This document shows, in pieces, positions 18,957 to 28,516 of a stretch of DNA of 64,000 nt. Under the pieces are notes generated by a model, which worked only from the letters and a program-made list of their open reading frames with translations, was not told where the DNA came from and did no database searches. Origin of the DNA: a phage; the NCBI GenBank assembly GCA_009015555.1, contig GCA_009015555.1_3613.1. One strand, given 5' to 3'. The first letter of the stretch is position 1; each line of letters begins with the position of its first letter. A program made the position numbers and the translations under genes.

Positions 18957-18989
18957 ATTTGAATCTCCTCAGTGAATGAAATGGGTTGC

Positions 18990-19274
18990 TTACTTAACTG
19001 TTACGAAGTTTACACCAGCTTGCTCAAGGATGTCAATACGCAATTGACGTTCTTTTCCACGGTAAATGTTTTTCAGGGCTTGACGCTGCTTTTCGAGGCT
19101 CTCGTACTCTCCTTCTGGGAAGATACGGATTACCGAATCAGCAGAGTAAATTCCAACACCCACGGCGTTGATCCCGCCCGTTTTTGTTAGCTTACCCTTT
19201 GTCACCAGGTAATAAGGATACAGGTCATACCCCACAATCGCCGTGACTGTCGGCAGCAGATCATCAGGATTCAT
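18990..19274 (-). CDS. hypothetical protein
   Basis: Start at internal ATG (MNPDDLL). Confidence 0.45.
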   Translation of the reverse strand: MNPDDLLPTVTAIVGYDLYPYYLVTKGKLTKTGGINAVGVGIYSADSVIRIFPEGEYESLEKQRQALKNIYRGKERQLRIDILEQAGVNFVTVK

Positions 19275-19455
19275 CAGCCTTACCCTCCACTTTTCCAATA
19301 TATGTCATATCCAGCTTGCTGCTGAATGTTTCGAGTCCGAGTTCATAAACCCCGTTCTCAACCAGACCAACACCCGGGATTTCGTGATTAATAACTTTTC
19401 CAGTGATGGTCCCGTCAGGGTGAACAGTCACCTGAGCCAGTGCTTTAAATGACAT
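19264..19455 (-). CDS. hypothetical protein
   Basis: 63-aa ORF. Confidence 0.4.
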   Translation of the reverse strand: MSFKALAQVTVHPDGTITGKVINHEIPGVGLVENGVYELGLETFSSKLDMTYIGKVEGKADES

Positions 19456-19612
19456 AATCCGTCTCCTTTATCTTCGTCAGATCTTTTATCAGTTGTGCCA
19501 GAGAATAATTCTTTGCCACCCACGTGTTGTCTTTGCCAACTCGTTCCGGGTCACCAAGATATTGCACTATTTCTTCCAGCGTGTCAAACGATTTGTTGTC
19601 ACGGGTTTTCAT
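19445..19612 (-). CDS. hypothetical protein
   Basis: Start at internal ATG (MKTRDNK). Confidence 0.35.
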   Translation of the reverse strand: MKTRDNKSFDTLEEIVQYLGDPERVGKDNTWVAKNYSLAQLIKDLTKIKETDYVI

Positions 19613-19895
19613 TTTTCCACTCCTGAAACTCTTCCCACTCATCGAACCAACGCTTGTACTTGGCGAAAGCGGCATTCGCCCGGTCCTCAGTCTTGAACTT
19701 TCCTTTCACCGGGTAAATGTCCAGTGCCATCACCAAGGTCGGGTCGATGCTGCTCGGCCCGGCGACCCAGATCTTCCAGTTGATGTCGAAAGGATCGTTA
19801 GAGTAATTCAGGCGGAGACCGTGTGGCTTCCAGTTTCGCCGGGCGAAGTATTCAACCGACTTGTCCAGAACGTCGAAGAAATCGTCTTTAGTCAT
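19599..19895 (-). CDS. hypothetical protein
   Basis: 98-aa Trp-rich ORF. Confidence 0.5.
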   Translation of the reverse strand: MTKDDFFDVLDKSVEYFARRNWKPHGLRLNYSNDPFDINWKIWVAGPSSIDPTLVMALDIYPVKGKFKTEDRANAAFAKYKRWFDEWEEFQEWKNENP

Positions 19896-20089
19896 TAGTC
19901 CTCCGCCGGGGCAGTTAACCCCGCCATGTATCGCCGGGCAACTTGGAGTCCCAACCTCTCCTGTGGGGTGGCCTCATTGAAACCCTCCCCCATCATCTGT
20001 CTCAGTTGGTACTGTGTCACGGCAGACTTGATAGTCTCCTCGTAGCACTCAATCTCAACTGTGAACTTCACAATTTTCTTCTCGGTCAT
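19895..20089 (-). CDS. hypothetical protein
   Basis: AAAGGAGG RBS; promoter just upstream. Confidence 0.5.
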   Translation of the reverse strand: MTEKKIVKFTVEIECYEETIKSAVTQYQLRQMMGEGFNEATPQERLGLQVARRYMAGLTAPAED

Positions 20090-20116
20090 GATGACCTCCT
20101 TTGTTTCGATGGGGCC

Positions 20117-20144
20117 ATATTACCAGAATGAATCTGGACGTCAA
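20117..20144 (-). promoter_or_regulatory. sigma70-type promoter (minus strand)
   Basis: Minus strand TTGACG-16-TAATAT followed by GGCCCC. Confidence 0.55.
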
Positions 20145-20159
20145 CACTTTTCTTCAGGT

Positions 20160-20187
20160 AATAAAAAACCGCCCCGAAGGGCGGTTA
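20160..20187 (-). terminator. rho-independent terminator (minus strand)
   Basis: Minus strand AACCGCCC-TTCG-GGGCGGTT followed by TTTTTATT. Confidence 0.75.
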
Positions 20188-20811
20188 TCTTTTCTTGGTT
20201 TCAATCTTGATTGAGCGCATCAAGCACCGGGAATGATACAGAGCTTGGTCTTGAGAACCGCCGATCATGAGATTAAAACTTGTCCCGTCTGCAAGATCTG
20301 GGATGGCTTTGTTGTTTATCGTTGGCGATCCATCAACAGTTACAGTGAGGCTCTTGTTAATAGACTCGAAGATTATCTCGTGATAAACACCTTTTGTCAC
20401 GGCGGGGCCTGCATTGACCCTGCTGGAATTATACCACCAGTCAAGGTATCCGTTACTCAGCATGTTGGCGATCCAAGTGCCAGACCCGTTTCCTTGAATA
20501 GATCTCCCCACAAATATCATTGGGTTTGTTGCCGCTGCCTTAACCTTCAGATTCATGGTGATCTTCCAGTCATTGTTTAGCAGCTTGTCTGGGGTGGTCC
20601 CTCCGCTCAATGCCCCATCTCCAACAAAATCCATCGCTGGCAGGCCCTCGTCGAGAACCGTCGCGGATGTTCCGGCGGTCCTGTTGAACGTTATCCCGCG
20701 ATCAGTGAATCCTGAGAATGTGCCCAAGGGATACTTGGTGAAGTCCAACTCGAACCAAGTGCTGTACTTTTTCGGATCTCCGCCCCCCGGCAGTACCAAC
20801 ATCTCTTGCAT
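20185..20811 (-). CDS. MQEML-family paralog 1; concanavalin-A/LamG-like lectin fold suspected
   Basis: N-terminus MQEMLVLPGGGD shared with three other genes; beta-rich with a LamG-like segment (LTVTVDGSPTINN). Confidence 0.6.
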   Translation of the reverse strand: MQEMLVLPGGGDPKKYSTWFELDFTKYPLGTFSGFTDRGITFNRTAGTSATVLDEGLPAMDFVGDGALSGGTTPDKLLNNDWKITMNLKVKAAATNPMIFVGRSIQGNGSGTWIANMLSNGYLDWWYNSSRVNAGPAVTKGVYHEIIFESINKSLTVTVDGSPTINNKAIPDLADGTSFNLMIGGSQDQALYHSRCLMRSIKIETKKR

Positions 20812-20825
20812 ATTGCCCCCTAAAA

Positions 20826-20851
20826 GAAAAGGGGCCGAAGCCCCCGGAATA
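20826..20851 (-). terminator. rho-independent terminator after the DNA polymerase gene (minus strand)
   Basis: Minus strand GGGGGCTTCGGCCCC followed by TTTTCTTTT. Confidence 0.7.
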
Positions 20852-20885
20852 CAAGCATTTTACCACAAATGTGTAAAAATAGCCA

Positions 20886-23522
20886 TTAGTGACAATCTCC
20901 CCAGCTTGTGCCCGTCAGGTATTCACCTGTGATGTGGACTGGAGATTTCATCATCTTAGCCGCCTGCTCCACGCACTTAACGACCATCTGCCCGACCGGG
21001 CAATGAATAATCGTGTACACGCCGTTCTCGTCCGGATCACACTTGAACTTACCTTCTTTCACACAGTGACCATCCAGAACCAGACCTTTCGCCAGGCACT
21101 GCTCAACAAAGGCTTTTGCGGTTGCCTCGTCGTTGAACTTCCATTCTTTCTTGAACTTGTGCGGCACTTCAAGCTGGTATTCATCGTGGTAGTAGATGAT
21201 ACGGCGGACGCCTTCATCATACCAGCCACGCTTAACCAACTGCCAGTGCAGCAGGATACCGACCAGATCGAACAGTGCAGCACCGCCGTTCTGCTGGTAT
21301 GCGTTCAGCAAGGAGTGTTTGGAGCGGGTGTAGATCTTACGACCATCGAGGCCGTAGATAAAGCGTTTCCCGGTCAACTCCCAGAACTTCTCAAGTGCTT
21401 CTTTACGACCTTTCAGACCGATGTTGCTATCCCAGAATGCGTCGATTACCGCCTGAGCCTTGTCGAGGGAAATACCCAACATGGAGGCGATCTTCGCGGC
21501 CTGGGCACCGTACATGATGCCGTATGTCACACCCTTACCTTCACCACGGGAAACCTTCTTACCCGCCGCTTTGGTATACGCTTCAGCGTTTCGGCTGTGG
21601 GCGTCACCTGATTCCATGATCCGGAGATATGCCCCGCCGTCGAACTCGTAGGCACCCCATGCTGCGATCATACCTTCGAGGTTTGAGCCGTCGATACCAA
21701 CCTGATATTTCCCTTCAGATGCCCGGAATAAGCCACGCATCTCTTTACCCAGTAAAACCTTCTCGTCTGGTTTAGGGACGTTAGCCACGATTGTGTGCTT
21801 ACGTCGCCCGGTGTTGGTGATCCCAGAATAACGCGCCGGGAGTTTACCGTCAATACGCAGTCGTGGGTGGTTCAGCCATCCTGTGTCAACCTTGTCTTCC
21901 TTGAGCGGGTCAAGTACAGAACGACGGTTACGCAGAGACAGCCACTTCACGATCTGCTTTGCCATATGACCGTCAACCTTCTCCAAGTTCGGACACAGGC
22001 CGCTCATATCTTTCAACTGCGGAGACGTAGGCAGGCCACGGGCCTTACGTCGCAACAGCTTGTACATCTTCTCTTTGTCCTGCCACGCCTTCGGGGTGAT
22101 GCCGAGGTATTCCAGAATAAGATCCCGGTATTCAACTTGGTCCAACTGCTCAATGTACTCACGGACAAGCCCATCGACCTCGTTATCGGGGCGTTGTTTC
22201 TTAAACTGGTCCTTCGTCACATCCTTACTGCGCCACAGGGTTGGCTTCCAGCCTGCATCACGGATAAGGAACTTCTTCACGTCATCTTGGTTACCGATAC
22301 GCATCGGAATCATAATGTCCGGCATGGTTTGGTTCTTCAGATCCAACATTGCCCGTGCCATGTCCTCTGGTGAGAGAGGGATCAGGGTCGTTTGCTTGTT
22401 GTTCTGGTCCCGGATAAACTGCGGCATCGCTGCCTCATCCTCGACACCATGCTCATTGCAATACTTGATTGCTGCCGCCGTCAGGCTACCATCGGCCTTG
22501 AAAGACTTCGCCGGGGGACCCTTAAAGTCGAGTGCCTCCCAGTTGACATTATACCCCAACTTCTCCAGCCACTTCCACCCAGTCCCGGACAAAGATCCAT
22601 CGCCCTTGAACGGCTTAGAAGGGAAGGTCGGTTGTGCTGACTTCGCCATCTCTTTCTTCGGGAGATGGGGTTCAACATCTCCCTCGATCTCTCGCATCAT
22701 TTGATCGATACGGTCACGAAGTTTAAGTGCCGCCTCTTCGTCGAAAGATACGCCCTGAATCTCCTGCTCAATCATCAGGTAGTCTGTCAGCATACCACGA
22801 CGCATGGCATTCTTCCAGTTGATCAGCTTGTACTTCTTGGCGTCCTTATCCTTATCTTCATCCTTGTACATGAAGCGTTTGTCATCTACCAGCTTGCCGT
22901 CGCAGGCGATCTCCTCCATGAGGGCCGTCCACACCATTTCGTTGATGATAACGTCTTCGATGATACGATCACAATACTTCCACAGCGGCAGGCCACGCCA
23001 GTCTTCGATTGCCACTTTCTGGTTGGCAACACGCATACCCCACGCCTCTAAGCCGTGAGGGCCGACAGGTTTCATCTTCCCGGTGACCGGGTTCTTTACC
23101 ATCTCCGGACACCCACGAGGAAGCGGTCGGTCTGGATAAAGAGTTCGAGACATTGACAGAGTGTCGAACAGGTTAACCTGCTTGCCGTTCAGGGTGCCCA
23201 TGCACTTAGGGTCGCCGAACATATCATACTGTGTTCCCAACATCTTTTTAAACAGACGAAGGTCGTAGCCGAACAGGTTGTGGATCGCGATGGATTTAGG
23301 CTCCGTCTTGAACCAATCGTTCAACTCCTCAAAGGTACGAATTTTGAAATTCTTGCCCTTCGATTGGATAAATTTCAACGCCTGATCGTACCCTTCCCGG
23401 TTGGGGTCGAGGAAGATATTCCAGTTATCGACCTTATACTCCTTGAACAGGATCACGTGAAGCTGGTCTACTTCTTCGAGCAGACCATTGGCTTCAGCAT
23501 CCCCTACAAACAACCCTTTCAT
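20886..23522 (-). CDS. family-A DNA polymerase with 3'-5' exonuclease domain
   Basis: Exo motif FVGDAEANG; motif A IDGSNLEGM; motif B R...KGVTYGIMYGA; motif C YYHDEYQLE. AGGAGA RBS before ATG at 23522. Confidence 0.9.
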   Translation of the reverse strand: MKGLFVGDAEANGLLEEVDQLHVILFKEYKVDNWNIFLDPNREGYDQALKFIQSKGKNFKIRTFEELNDWFKTEPKSIAIHNLFGYDLRLFKKMLGTQYDMFGDPKCMGTLNGKQVNLFDTLSMSRTLYPDRPLPRGCPEMVKNPVTGKMKPVGPHGLEAWGMRVANQKVAIEDWRGLPLWKYCDRIIEDVIINEMVWTALMEEIACDGKLVDDKRFMYKDEDKDKDAKKYKLINWKNAMRRGMLTDYLMIEQEIQGVSFDEEAALKLRDRIDQMMREIEGDVEPHLPKKEMAKSAQPTFPSKPFKGDGSLSGTGWKWLEKLGYNVNWEALDFKGPPAKSFKADGSLTAAAIKYCNEHGVEDEAAMPQFIRDQNNKQTTLIPLSPEDMARAMLDLKNQTMPDIMIPMRIGNQDDVKKFLIRDAGWKPTLWRSKDVTKDQFKKQRPDNEVDGLVREYIEQLDQVEYRDLILEYLGITPKAWQDKEKMYKLLRRKARGLPTSPQLKDMSGLCPNLEKVDGHMAKQIVKWLSLRNRRSVLDPLKEDKVDTGWLNHPRLRIDGKLPARYSGITNTGRRKHTIVANVPKPDEKVLLGKEMRGLFRASEGKYQVGIDGSNLEGMIAAWGAYEFDGGAYLRIMESGDAHSRNAEAYTKAAGKKVSRGEGKGVTYGIMYGAQAAKIASMLGISLDKAQAVIDAFWDSNIGLKGRKEALEKFWELTGKRFIYGLDGRKIYTRSKHSLLNAYQQNGGAALFDLVGILLHWQLVKRGWYDEGVRRIIYYHDEYQLEVPHKFKKEWKFNDEATAKAFVEQCLAKGLVLDGHCVKEGKFKCDPDENGVYTIIHCPVGQMVVKCVEQAAKMMKSPVHITGEYLTGTSWGDCH

Positions 23523-23611
23523 ACTCTCTCCTTTTTGGCATACCTCCACTCAGGATAGCCCAATGCCTCGTAAAGATCAACCTATCAATACCCGTCCTTG
23601 GGTGAATAATC

Positions 23612-24328
23612 CTAAAGTTTTTCGAACACGGGCCACCAGATCCCGTTGTTTACCGTCGTCTGCAAGTAGGTGTTGTCGAACTGCACATACTTAAAGGGGT
23701 ACGTTGCCGAGTCCGGGTAGTTAGTGTCAAACCTACCACGAATGAATGCCTTGGTGGTCAGGTTTCCTTTCACCATTGCCCCGCTTCTCGTAGACCCGGT
23801 GTAGTTAGGCTTCGTGACCTTCACCGACTCCGGGACAAAAAGATCATGAAAGTTGATGACCGCCTTTACCTGATCTGACAATGCCCACATATTGGGCACA
23901 AAAAGATCGTATTCCTGAACCGGAGTGAAGTCAGGAACATTTATGGTGGCAGAGGCTCCATAAACATCGTTGGGCACACCTGACATCAAGCGGACCCGGT
24001 AGGTATCCTGCCCAATGGTGATCTTTCTGTCCTGTGCTGTTGCTGCCACCCCTGGTGGGGTTATTCCAACACCGTCACTACCGAATACCGCCCCTTTGAG
24101 ATAAACAGCCTGGTAATTGTCCCGTCCGATGGGATGGGAGGGGACAATAATGGTCTTGCCTCCCTTTGTGTAAATGAAATATTTAAAGGAAGCCGCCTTG
24201 GCAAGTATATTCGCCGGGGCAAGATCTGCAACAAGGTCAGCGTGTGATATGAAGGAACCTTCTGAGAGAATCCCTACATACGTAGCCTCCGCGCCGGGCT
24301 TAGAGGCAACAATCAACATTTCCTGCAT
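23612..24328 (-). CDS. MQEML-family paralog 2
   Basis: N-terminus MQEMLIVASKPG; beta-rich. Confidence 0.55.
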   Translation of the reverse strand: MQEMLIVASKPGAEATYVGILSEGSFISHADLVADLAPANILAKAASFKYFIYTKGGKTIIVPSHPIGRDNYQAVYLKGAVFGSDGVGITPPGVAATAQDRKITIGQDTYRVRLMSGVPNDVYGASATINVPDFTPVQEYDLFVPNMWALSDQVKAVINFHDLFVPESVKVTKPNYTGSTRSGAMVKGNLTTKAFIRGRFDTNYPDSATYPFKYVQFDNTYLQTTVNNGIWWPVFEKL

Positions 24329-24507
24329 CAGCCCTCCAGTTTAACCATGCACGAACCGCTTTTCCATTTGCTTACGGTGCCCAGAACTTCGACCTTGGCC
24401 TTGTTCCCTTTGATCTGGCGGATGATCCCACCCTGAAGCTCATTGTAGCCCCAATAAATAGCCACCTTGTCGCCCTCTTTAAGAGGGGTCCCACGATAAT
24501 CAGTCAT
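24328..24507 (-). CDS. small hypothetical protein (59 aa)
   Basis: Hand-translated MTDYRGTPLKEGDKVAIYWGYNELQGGIIRQIKGNKAKVEVLGTVSKWKSGSCMVKLEG; AAGGA RBS; stop overlaps the next ATG. Confidence 0.35.
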   Translation of the reverse strand: MTDYRGTPLKEGDKVAIYWGYNELQGGIIRQIKGNKAKVEVLGTVSKWKSGSCMVKLEG

Positions 24508-24591
24508 TATGGTTCCTTATGTCCATGATGTACATGACAACACAAAGGAGGCCCACGGCCCCCAAGAAAACTAAACCAAACCAATCCGGCA

Positions 24592-25062
24592 TCAGTCCAC
24601 CTCAACAGGCTCGATGAAGTAGTTCTGGCCCTTCTTGACTTGCATGAAGGTCCCCTCTACCCAAGTACCTGAACCTTGAATACGTGTTTCCGAGATGTCA
24701 TACTTCGTGTTTGGATCACGTTTTCTGTGAAGCAGTTGGAGAATCAACTCCAGACTACTGAAGGAGATCTTGTATTCAAATCCCTCTTTGTCTTCAAAGA
24801 CCGCCACCGCAGAACTCCTTCCTTTCTCTGTGTGAGAAAACTGGAGAGACATCTTGCGGGTTTCGTGCTCTATCTCTTCTACACGTTTGTTTTCCGAACC
24901 GGGCCGGAACATATGAACAAAGTCACAGAGTGGGAATCGGGCAGCATACACCTCTTCTGCTTTTGGTGTAAAAGCAAATCCCTCCCATCCTGTGAACCAC
25001 TTCCCGCCTGACCCGGCTTCCGCCAAGGCAGGGTATGAACGTTTACGAAGTTTTCCCATCAC
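24592..25062 (-). CDS. hypothetical protein
   Basis: 156-aa ORF. Confidence 0.5.
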   Translation of the reverse strand: MMGKLRKRSYPALAEAGSGGKWFTGWEGFAFTPKAEEVYAARFPLCDFVHMFRPGSENKRVEEIEHETRKMSLQFSHTEKGRSSAVAVFEDKEGFEYKISFSSLELILQLLHRKRDPNTKYDISETRIQGSGTWVEGTFMQVKKGQNYFIEPVEVD

Positions 25063-26012
25063 AAACCTCCCGGTAATTTGTATTGATAGATCGTCTTCGA
25101 ACTATAACCAGATAGCCAGAAGAACAAGTCGCCCACCCTTAAACATGGGCAGTGGAACTGGTTTGTTGGGACAGAAGCTGTTGTTTTACTACCTGTCAAG
25201 ATATCGAACTGGTTAAGTACCGTACTGCTTTGTTGGACTGTATATATAACCCCTTTCCATACGCAAGACGGCATATCATAAGGGGTAAATCCCGGGCTTG
25301 TAACTTGTACTGTTGAGATCTGAAGGTTTGTCAAATCCACACGGAGGACATCCAGATATGGAGAGCCGTCACCCTCGCTTGTGTTCTTTATTGAACCCCC
25401 TCCGGTTATATAAACAAACCCGCCCATCAAAGTGGCGTCCCCACCAGACACCCCGTGAGAAAAAGCACCGGAAAGAACTACGTCTTCCCAAGCCAAGCCA
25501 TCTATCCGGCACCTGCGGATTGCATTGGATGAAAACCCGGTGGACTTGTAGACATTGGCAATAGAGTACACGTAATCGTCATCTACGTAAATAGCTCCAT
25601 AATCATAAGGCAAGGCGGGATAAGTTTTGTACACACCCGTCTCCAAGTTCAGGGATTCGATTACCCCTGTCTTTGTCCTGCCTTGTCCGAAGTAAAGAAC
25701 TCCCTTATGGAGATAACTGGCGGTATTCAACGGTATGGTTCTTCCAGCCACACCAGGGACCATACCTGAGTATGCCATGTCGCTCACATTGAAGGTGTGC
25801 AAACCATCTGCTTTCAGGACATAGATTTTTCCATTCCAATACCCGATCGCGACGGCTGCTGTGCTGGTAGGAGAAGAGCCTCCCAAAGTTCCACCACGGG
25901 ATTGGCCCGGCATCATGGCGGCTGATGCCGACACTAATGCCTCGTCAGCATTAACGTCATCCATGTCCACAGGCACCCCTTTCTTCCCTCCTGCCATTAA
26001 TAACTCGATCAT
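25059..26012 (-). CDS. MQEML-family-related protein (beta-rich, Gly-rich)
   Basis: N-terminus MIELLMAGGKKG resembles the MQEML..GG family. Confidence 0.55.
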   Translation of the reverse strand: MIELLMAGGKKGVPVDMDDVNADEALVSASAAMMPGQSRGGTLGGSSPTSTAAVAIGYWNGKIYVLKADGLHTFNVSDMAYSGMVPGVAGRTIPLNTASYLHKGVLYFGQGRTKTGVIESLNLETGVYKTYPALPYDYGAIYVDDDYVYSIANVYKSTGFSSNAIRRCRIDGLAWEDVVLSGAFSHGVSGGDATLMGGFVYITGGGSIKNTSEGDGSPYLDVLRVDLTNLQISTVQVTSPGFTPYDMPSCVWKGVIYTVQQSSTVLNQFDILTGSKTTASVPTNQFHCPCLRVGDLFFWLSGYSSKTIYQYKLPGGL

Positions 26013-26203
26013 TATTCCTCCACCAACTCGCCCGCGCCGTTGTACCGAGTGTTCCAGTCCCTCAGCACGGAATCGTACCCGTACTCAGATCTCTTTTCTG
26101 CCCCGCACCAGCCGCAGGTTATTACGTGCCTGTCTTGATAATGGGTATCTTCCCAGTAATCAGGTTGCTTACCACAGAAAGGGCATGGTTTAATATCAGT
26201 CAT
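26012..26203 (-). CDS. Lar-family restriction-alleviation-like zinc ribbon
   Basis: MTDIKPCPFCG ... CGWCG matches the Lar family signature (KPCPFCG). Confidence 0.5.
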   Translation of the reverse strand: MTDIKPCPFCGKQPDYWEDTHYQDRHVITCGWCGAEKRSEYGYDSVLRDWNTRYNGAGELVEE

Positions 26204-26570
26204 CGGACCACTCCTTGTCGTACCCGGCATCTTCACGGGTCATAGCGATATGCGGGGCATCGCACCCGTCATACCAGTTATCGACAAACATTTTCTCGGA
26301 CCCTTCTACGATGAACAGGCCCGCCTGCCGTAATTCCTCTTGCAGGTTGCCAAACATATTATCGTTCTGGTCGAAGATCACCAGGCCTGCATCATACGAC
26401 GGTCCGTCTTCATGACGGTAAACGACCATATCACCACTGTAAGTGATCTTCAGCTTGGAATCGATCTCGTCAAGCCTGTCGGAAACCTCTTGCCAAGAAT
26501 CCGTGTGCAGATTGCCCAGCGGAGGGTCTAACAGTGCAATGACGCCCACGGTTACACGTTGCTCGCTCAT
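26196..26570 (-). CDS. hypothetical acidic protein
   Basis: 124-aa ORF. Confidence 0.5.
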   Translation of the reverse strand: MSEQRVTVGVIALLDPPLGNLHTDSWQEVSDRLDEIDSKLKITYSGDMVVYRHEDGPSYDAGLVIFDQNDNMFGNLQEELRQAGLFIVEGSEKMFVDNWYDGCDAPHIAMTREDAGYDKEWSDD

Positions 26571-26585
26571 GAATACTCCTCTCTA

Positions 26586-27239
26586 TTAATCAAGAACAAA
26601 TGGTGCCGTCGGCACTGAGAAATTACCGTCGTAACGGGCCACCTTGCTGATACGGAATTGGTCAAGCCCACCAAACATAGTTTGTTCGCCGAAGCCGATT
26701 CTTGCAAAACGGCTTACGTCACTCCACCCTCCGGAAGCAAAGGACGTGGTGGTTGGTGCCACTTTACCGTTCAGATATAACTTCGTGACTCCCCCTTTGC
26801 TCACAATAGCCACATGTGTCCAGTTGGAAAGAGGCCAGTAGTTGGTACTAAAGCTCAAATAATTCTTCTGGTCCTGAAGATAAACCACACTTTGGTAAAC
26901 CTTGAGGCAACTCTGAGTACCTGTCCCAAAATACATCCACCAGGAAGAGGCAACTGAAGAGTTTCTTGACCAAAATTCGATAGTGAACTCGTCCTCTGGT
27001 TTGAAGACGAGATCTGTTTTCTCTGTCGCCATCATCTCAAAATAGCTGGCAGTGTTAGTACAGTCAAAGTATTTGTTGTTGAATTTTCCGTAACTTCCGG
27101 TGCCTACTGTTGCTACTTTTGAAAATTGCCGGGTAGGCTTGGCAACATCAATACCTCCCTTGTCTGCTTGCAGGAGAAGGAGAGTTTTATCTCCCTTCAT
27201 GCCGCCGCCTGCACCAGCCGCCAATAGGATTTCCTGCAC
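26586..27239 (-). CDS. MQEML-family paralog 3; LamG/concanavalin-A-like
   Basis: N-terminus MQEILLAAGAGGG; LamG-like segment SNWTHVAIVSKGGVTKLYLNG. Confidence 0.6.
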   Translation of the reverse strand: MQEILLAAGAGGGMKGDKTLLLLQADKGGIDVAKPTRQFSKVATVGTGSYGKFNNKYFDCTNTASYFEMMATEKTDLVFKPEDEFTIEFWSRNSSVASSWWMYFGTGTQSCLKVYQSVVYLQDQKNYLSFSTNYWPLSNWTHVAIVSKGGVTKLYLNGKVAPTTTSFASGGWSDVSRFARIGFGEQTMFGGLDQFRISKVARYDGNFSVPTAPFVLD

Positions 27240-27249
27240 TTTTTACTCC

Positions 27250-27921
27250 TTAATGATTGAAGTGGTAAACAGCCCGGGCAAACCCCTCTGGGGTCAGCGA
27301 TCGTAGCTGTTTGGTCCTCTCCGACTTACCACCTAAAAACTTCCAGCCCCAGAAGCAGCCTATATGAGGCACAGGCTTCTTGTCAGGCATCACAAAGCCA
27401 TTCCCTACCCAGAGGCAAGTTTTCTTTGTGTAGGCGTTCCTGTACGGCATTTTTGGGTGGTACGAGCCTTCAATCTGACTCAAGTACCCTCCATACTCGT
27501 AAGGGTCGAAATAATGATCCGGCTTGCGCCACAGCGTACTCATCTTACCCACCGGGTTCTCGACCATCCAAGGACAGCCAAAAACGTTAGCAACACGCTC
27601 TACCATTTTAGCATTATCTATCGACTCCATCAACTCCGATTTCGTCCGGGTATGCTTGGCCCCGGCTACAGACAGGTTGGTGCAGCTTGGAAATGCAAAG
27701 ATAATGTCCGGCTTCGGAATACCCGCTTTGGCAACGAAGGCTTCGAAGTCTTCATCGATCCAACAATTCACATACTGGATGTTGGGGTGCTCCCGGCGCA
27801 GTTCATACTGACCATGATCAGCGGTGTCTGCATTAAAGCAGAACACCTTCCAACCATTCAGGGCGTACTCATACCCCATGAAACCAGACCCATCAAACAG
27901 GCTCCAGACGACTTTAGACAT
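27250..27921 (-). CDS. putative divergent DNA (cytosine-5) methyltransferase-like protein
   Basis: Motif I-like LFDGSGFMG, PSC in place of PCQ (motif IV), ENPVG (motif VI). By-eye only. Confidence 0.45.
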   Translation of the reverse strand: MSKVVWSLFDGSGFMGYEYALNGWKVFCFNADTADHGQYELRREHPNIQYVNCWIDEDFEAFVAKAGIPKPDIIFAFPSCTNLSVAGAKHTRTKSELMESIDNAKMVERVANVFGCPWMVENPVGKMSTLWRKPDHYFDPYEYGGYLSQIEGSYHPKMPYRNAYTKKTCLWVGNGFVMPDKKPVPHIGCFWGWKFLGGKSERTKQLRSLTPEGFARAVYHFNH

Positions 27922-28168
27922 TACCAACCTCGCCGTGAATTGTGCAAGGGACAAATACATCACGTCCGAAACCATCGCGCATCTTAACTTTTTGGTAAGG
28001 GAACAGGATGTCGTCTTCATCTGCCGCGATCATGTTTTCGCCGTGTTCGATGTAAAAACGAAGCTGCCGGATCAGATAGATGGAATCTATACCGGAAGAG
28101 TCCAGCAGGTCCTCTTCGTCGTAATCTGCCATGATGCGCTGCTTATCCAGACGGACCCAATATTTCAT
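27914..28168 (-). CDS. hypothetical protein
   Basis: 84-aa acidic ORF. Confidence 0.45.
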   Translation of the reverse strand: MKYWVRLDKQRIMADYDEEDLLDSSGIDSIYLIRQLRFYIEHGENMIAADEDDILFPYQKVKMRDGFGRDVFVPCTIHGEVGNV

Positions 28169-28515
28169 TGCATTCTCTCCAAAATGATCCCTGCCTCTTT
28201 GGCCTCTTTCACAGGCACATATCCACCATGCCAGTCAAGGATGAACTCCTTGCCCTGGCGCACGAAGATTTGGTAGCGTCCGTTAACCGTCAACGCCGGA
28301 ACCTTGCGAGTTGTGCTGACCACTCTTACTGTACCACCCATCATAGCGTACCCCTCGCAATAAGTCCACCAAAAGACATCAGAACGGCGATAAAGTTGGT
28401 GGTAAACACCACCCGGCTCCAGATGCCGTCGCCATAAATCTTGGGCCAGTACACCGCAGTTAACATGAAAAACCCATTGGTAATCAGGAAGATCAGGTCT
28501 AAAATATCGCGGCAA
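28165..28515 (-). CDS. hypothetical protein
   Basis: 116-aa ORF. Confidence 0.45.
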   Translation of the reverse strand: MPRYFRPDLPDYQWVFHVNCGVLAQDLWRRHLEPGGVYHQLYRRSDVFWWTYCEGYAMMGGTVRVVSTTRKVPALTVNGRYQIFVRQGKEFILDWHGGYVPVKEAKEAGIILERMQ

Positions 28516-28516
28516 C

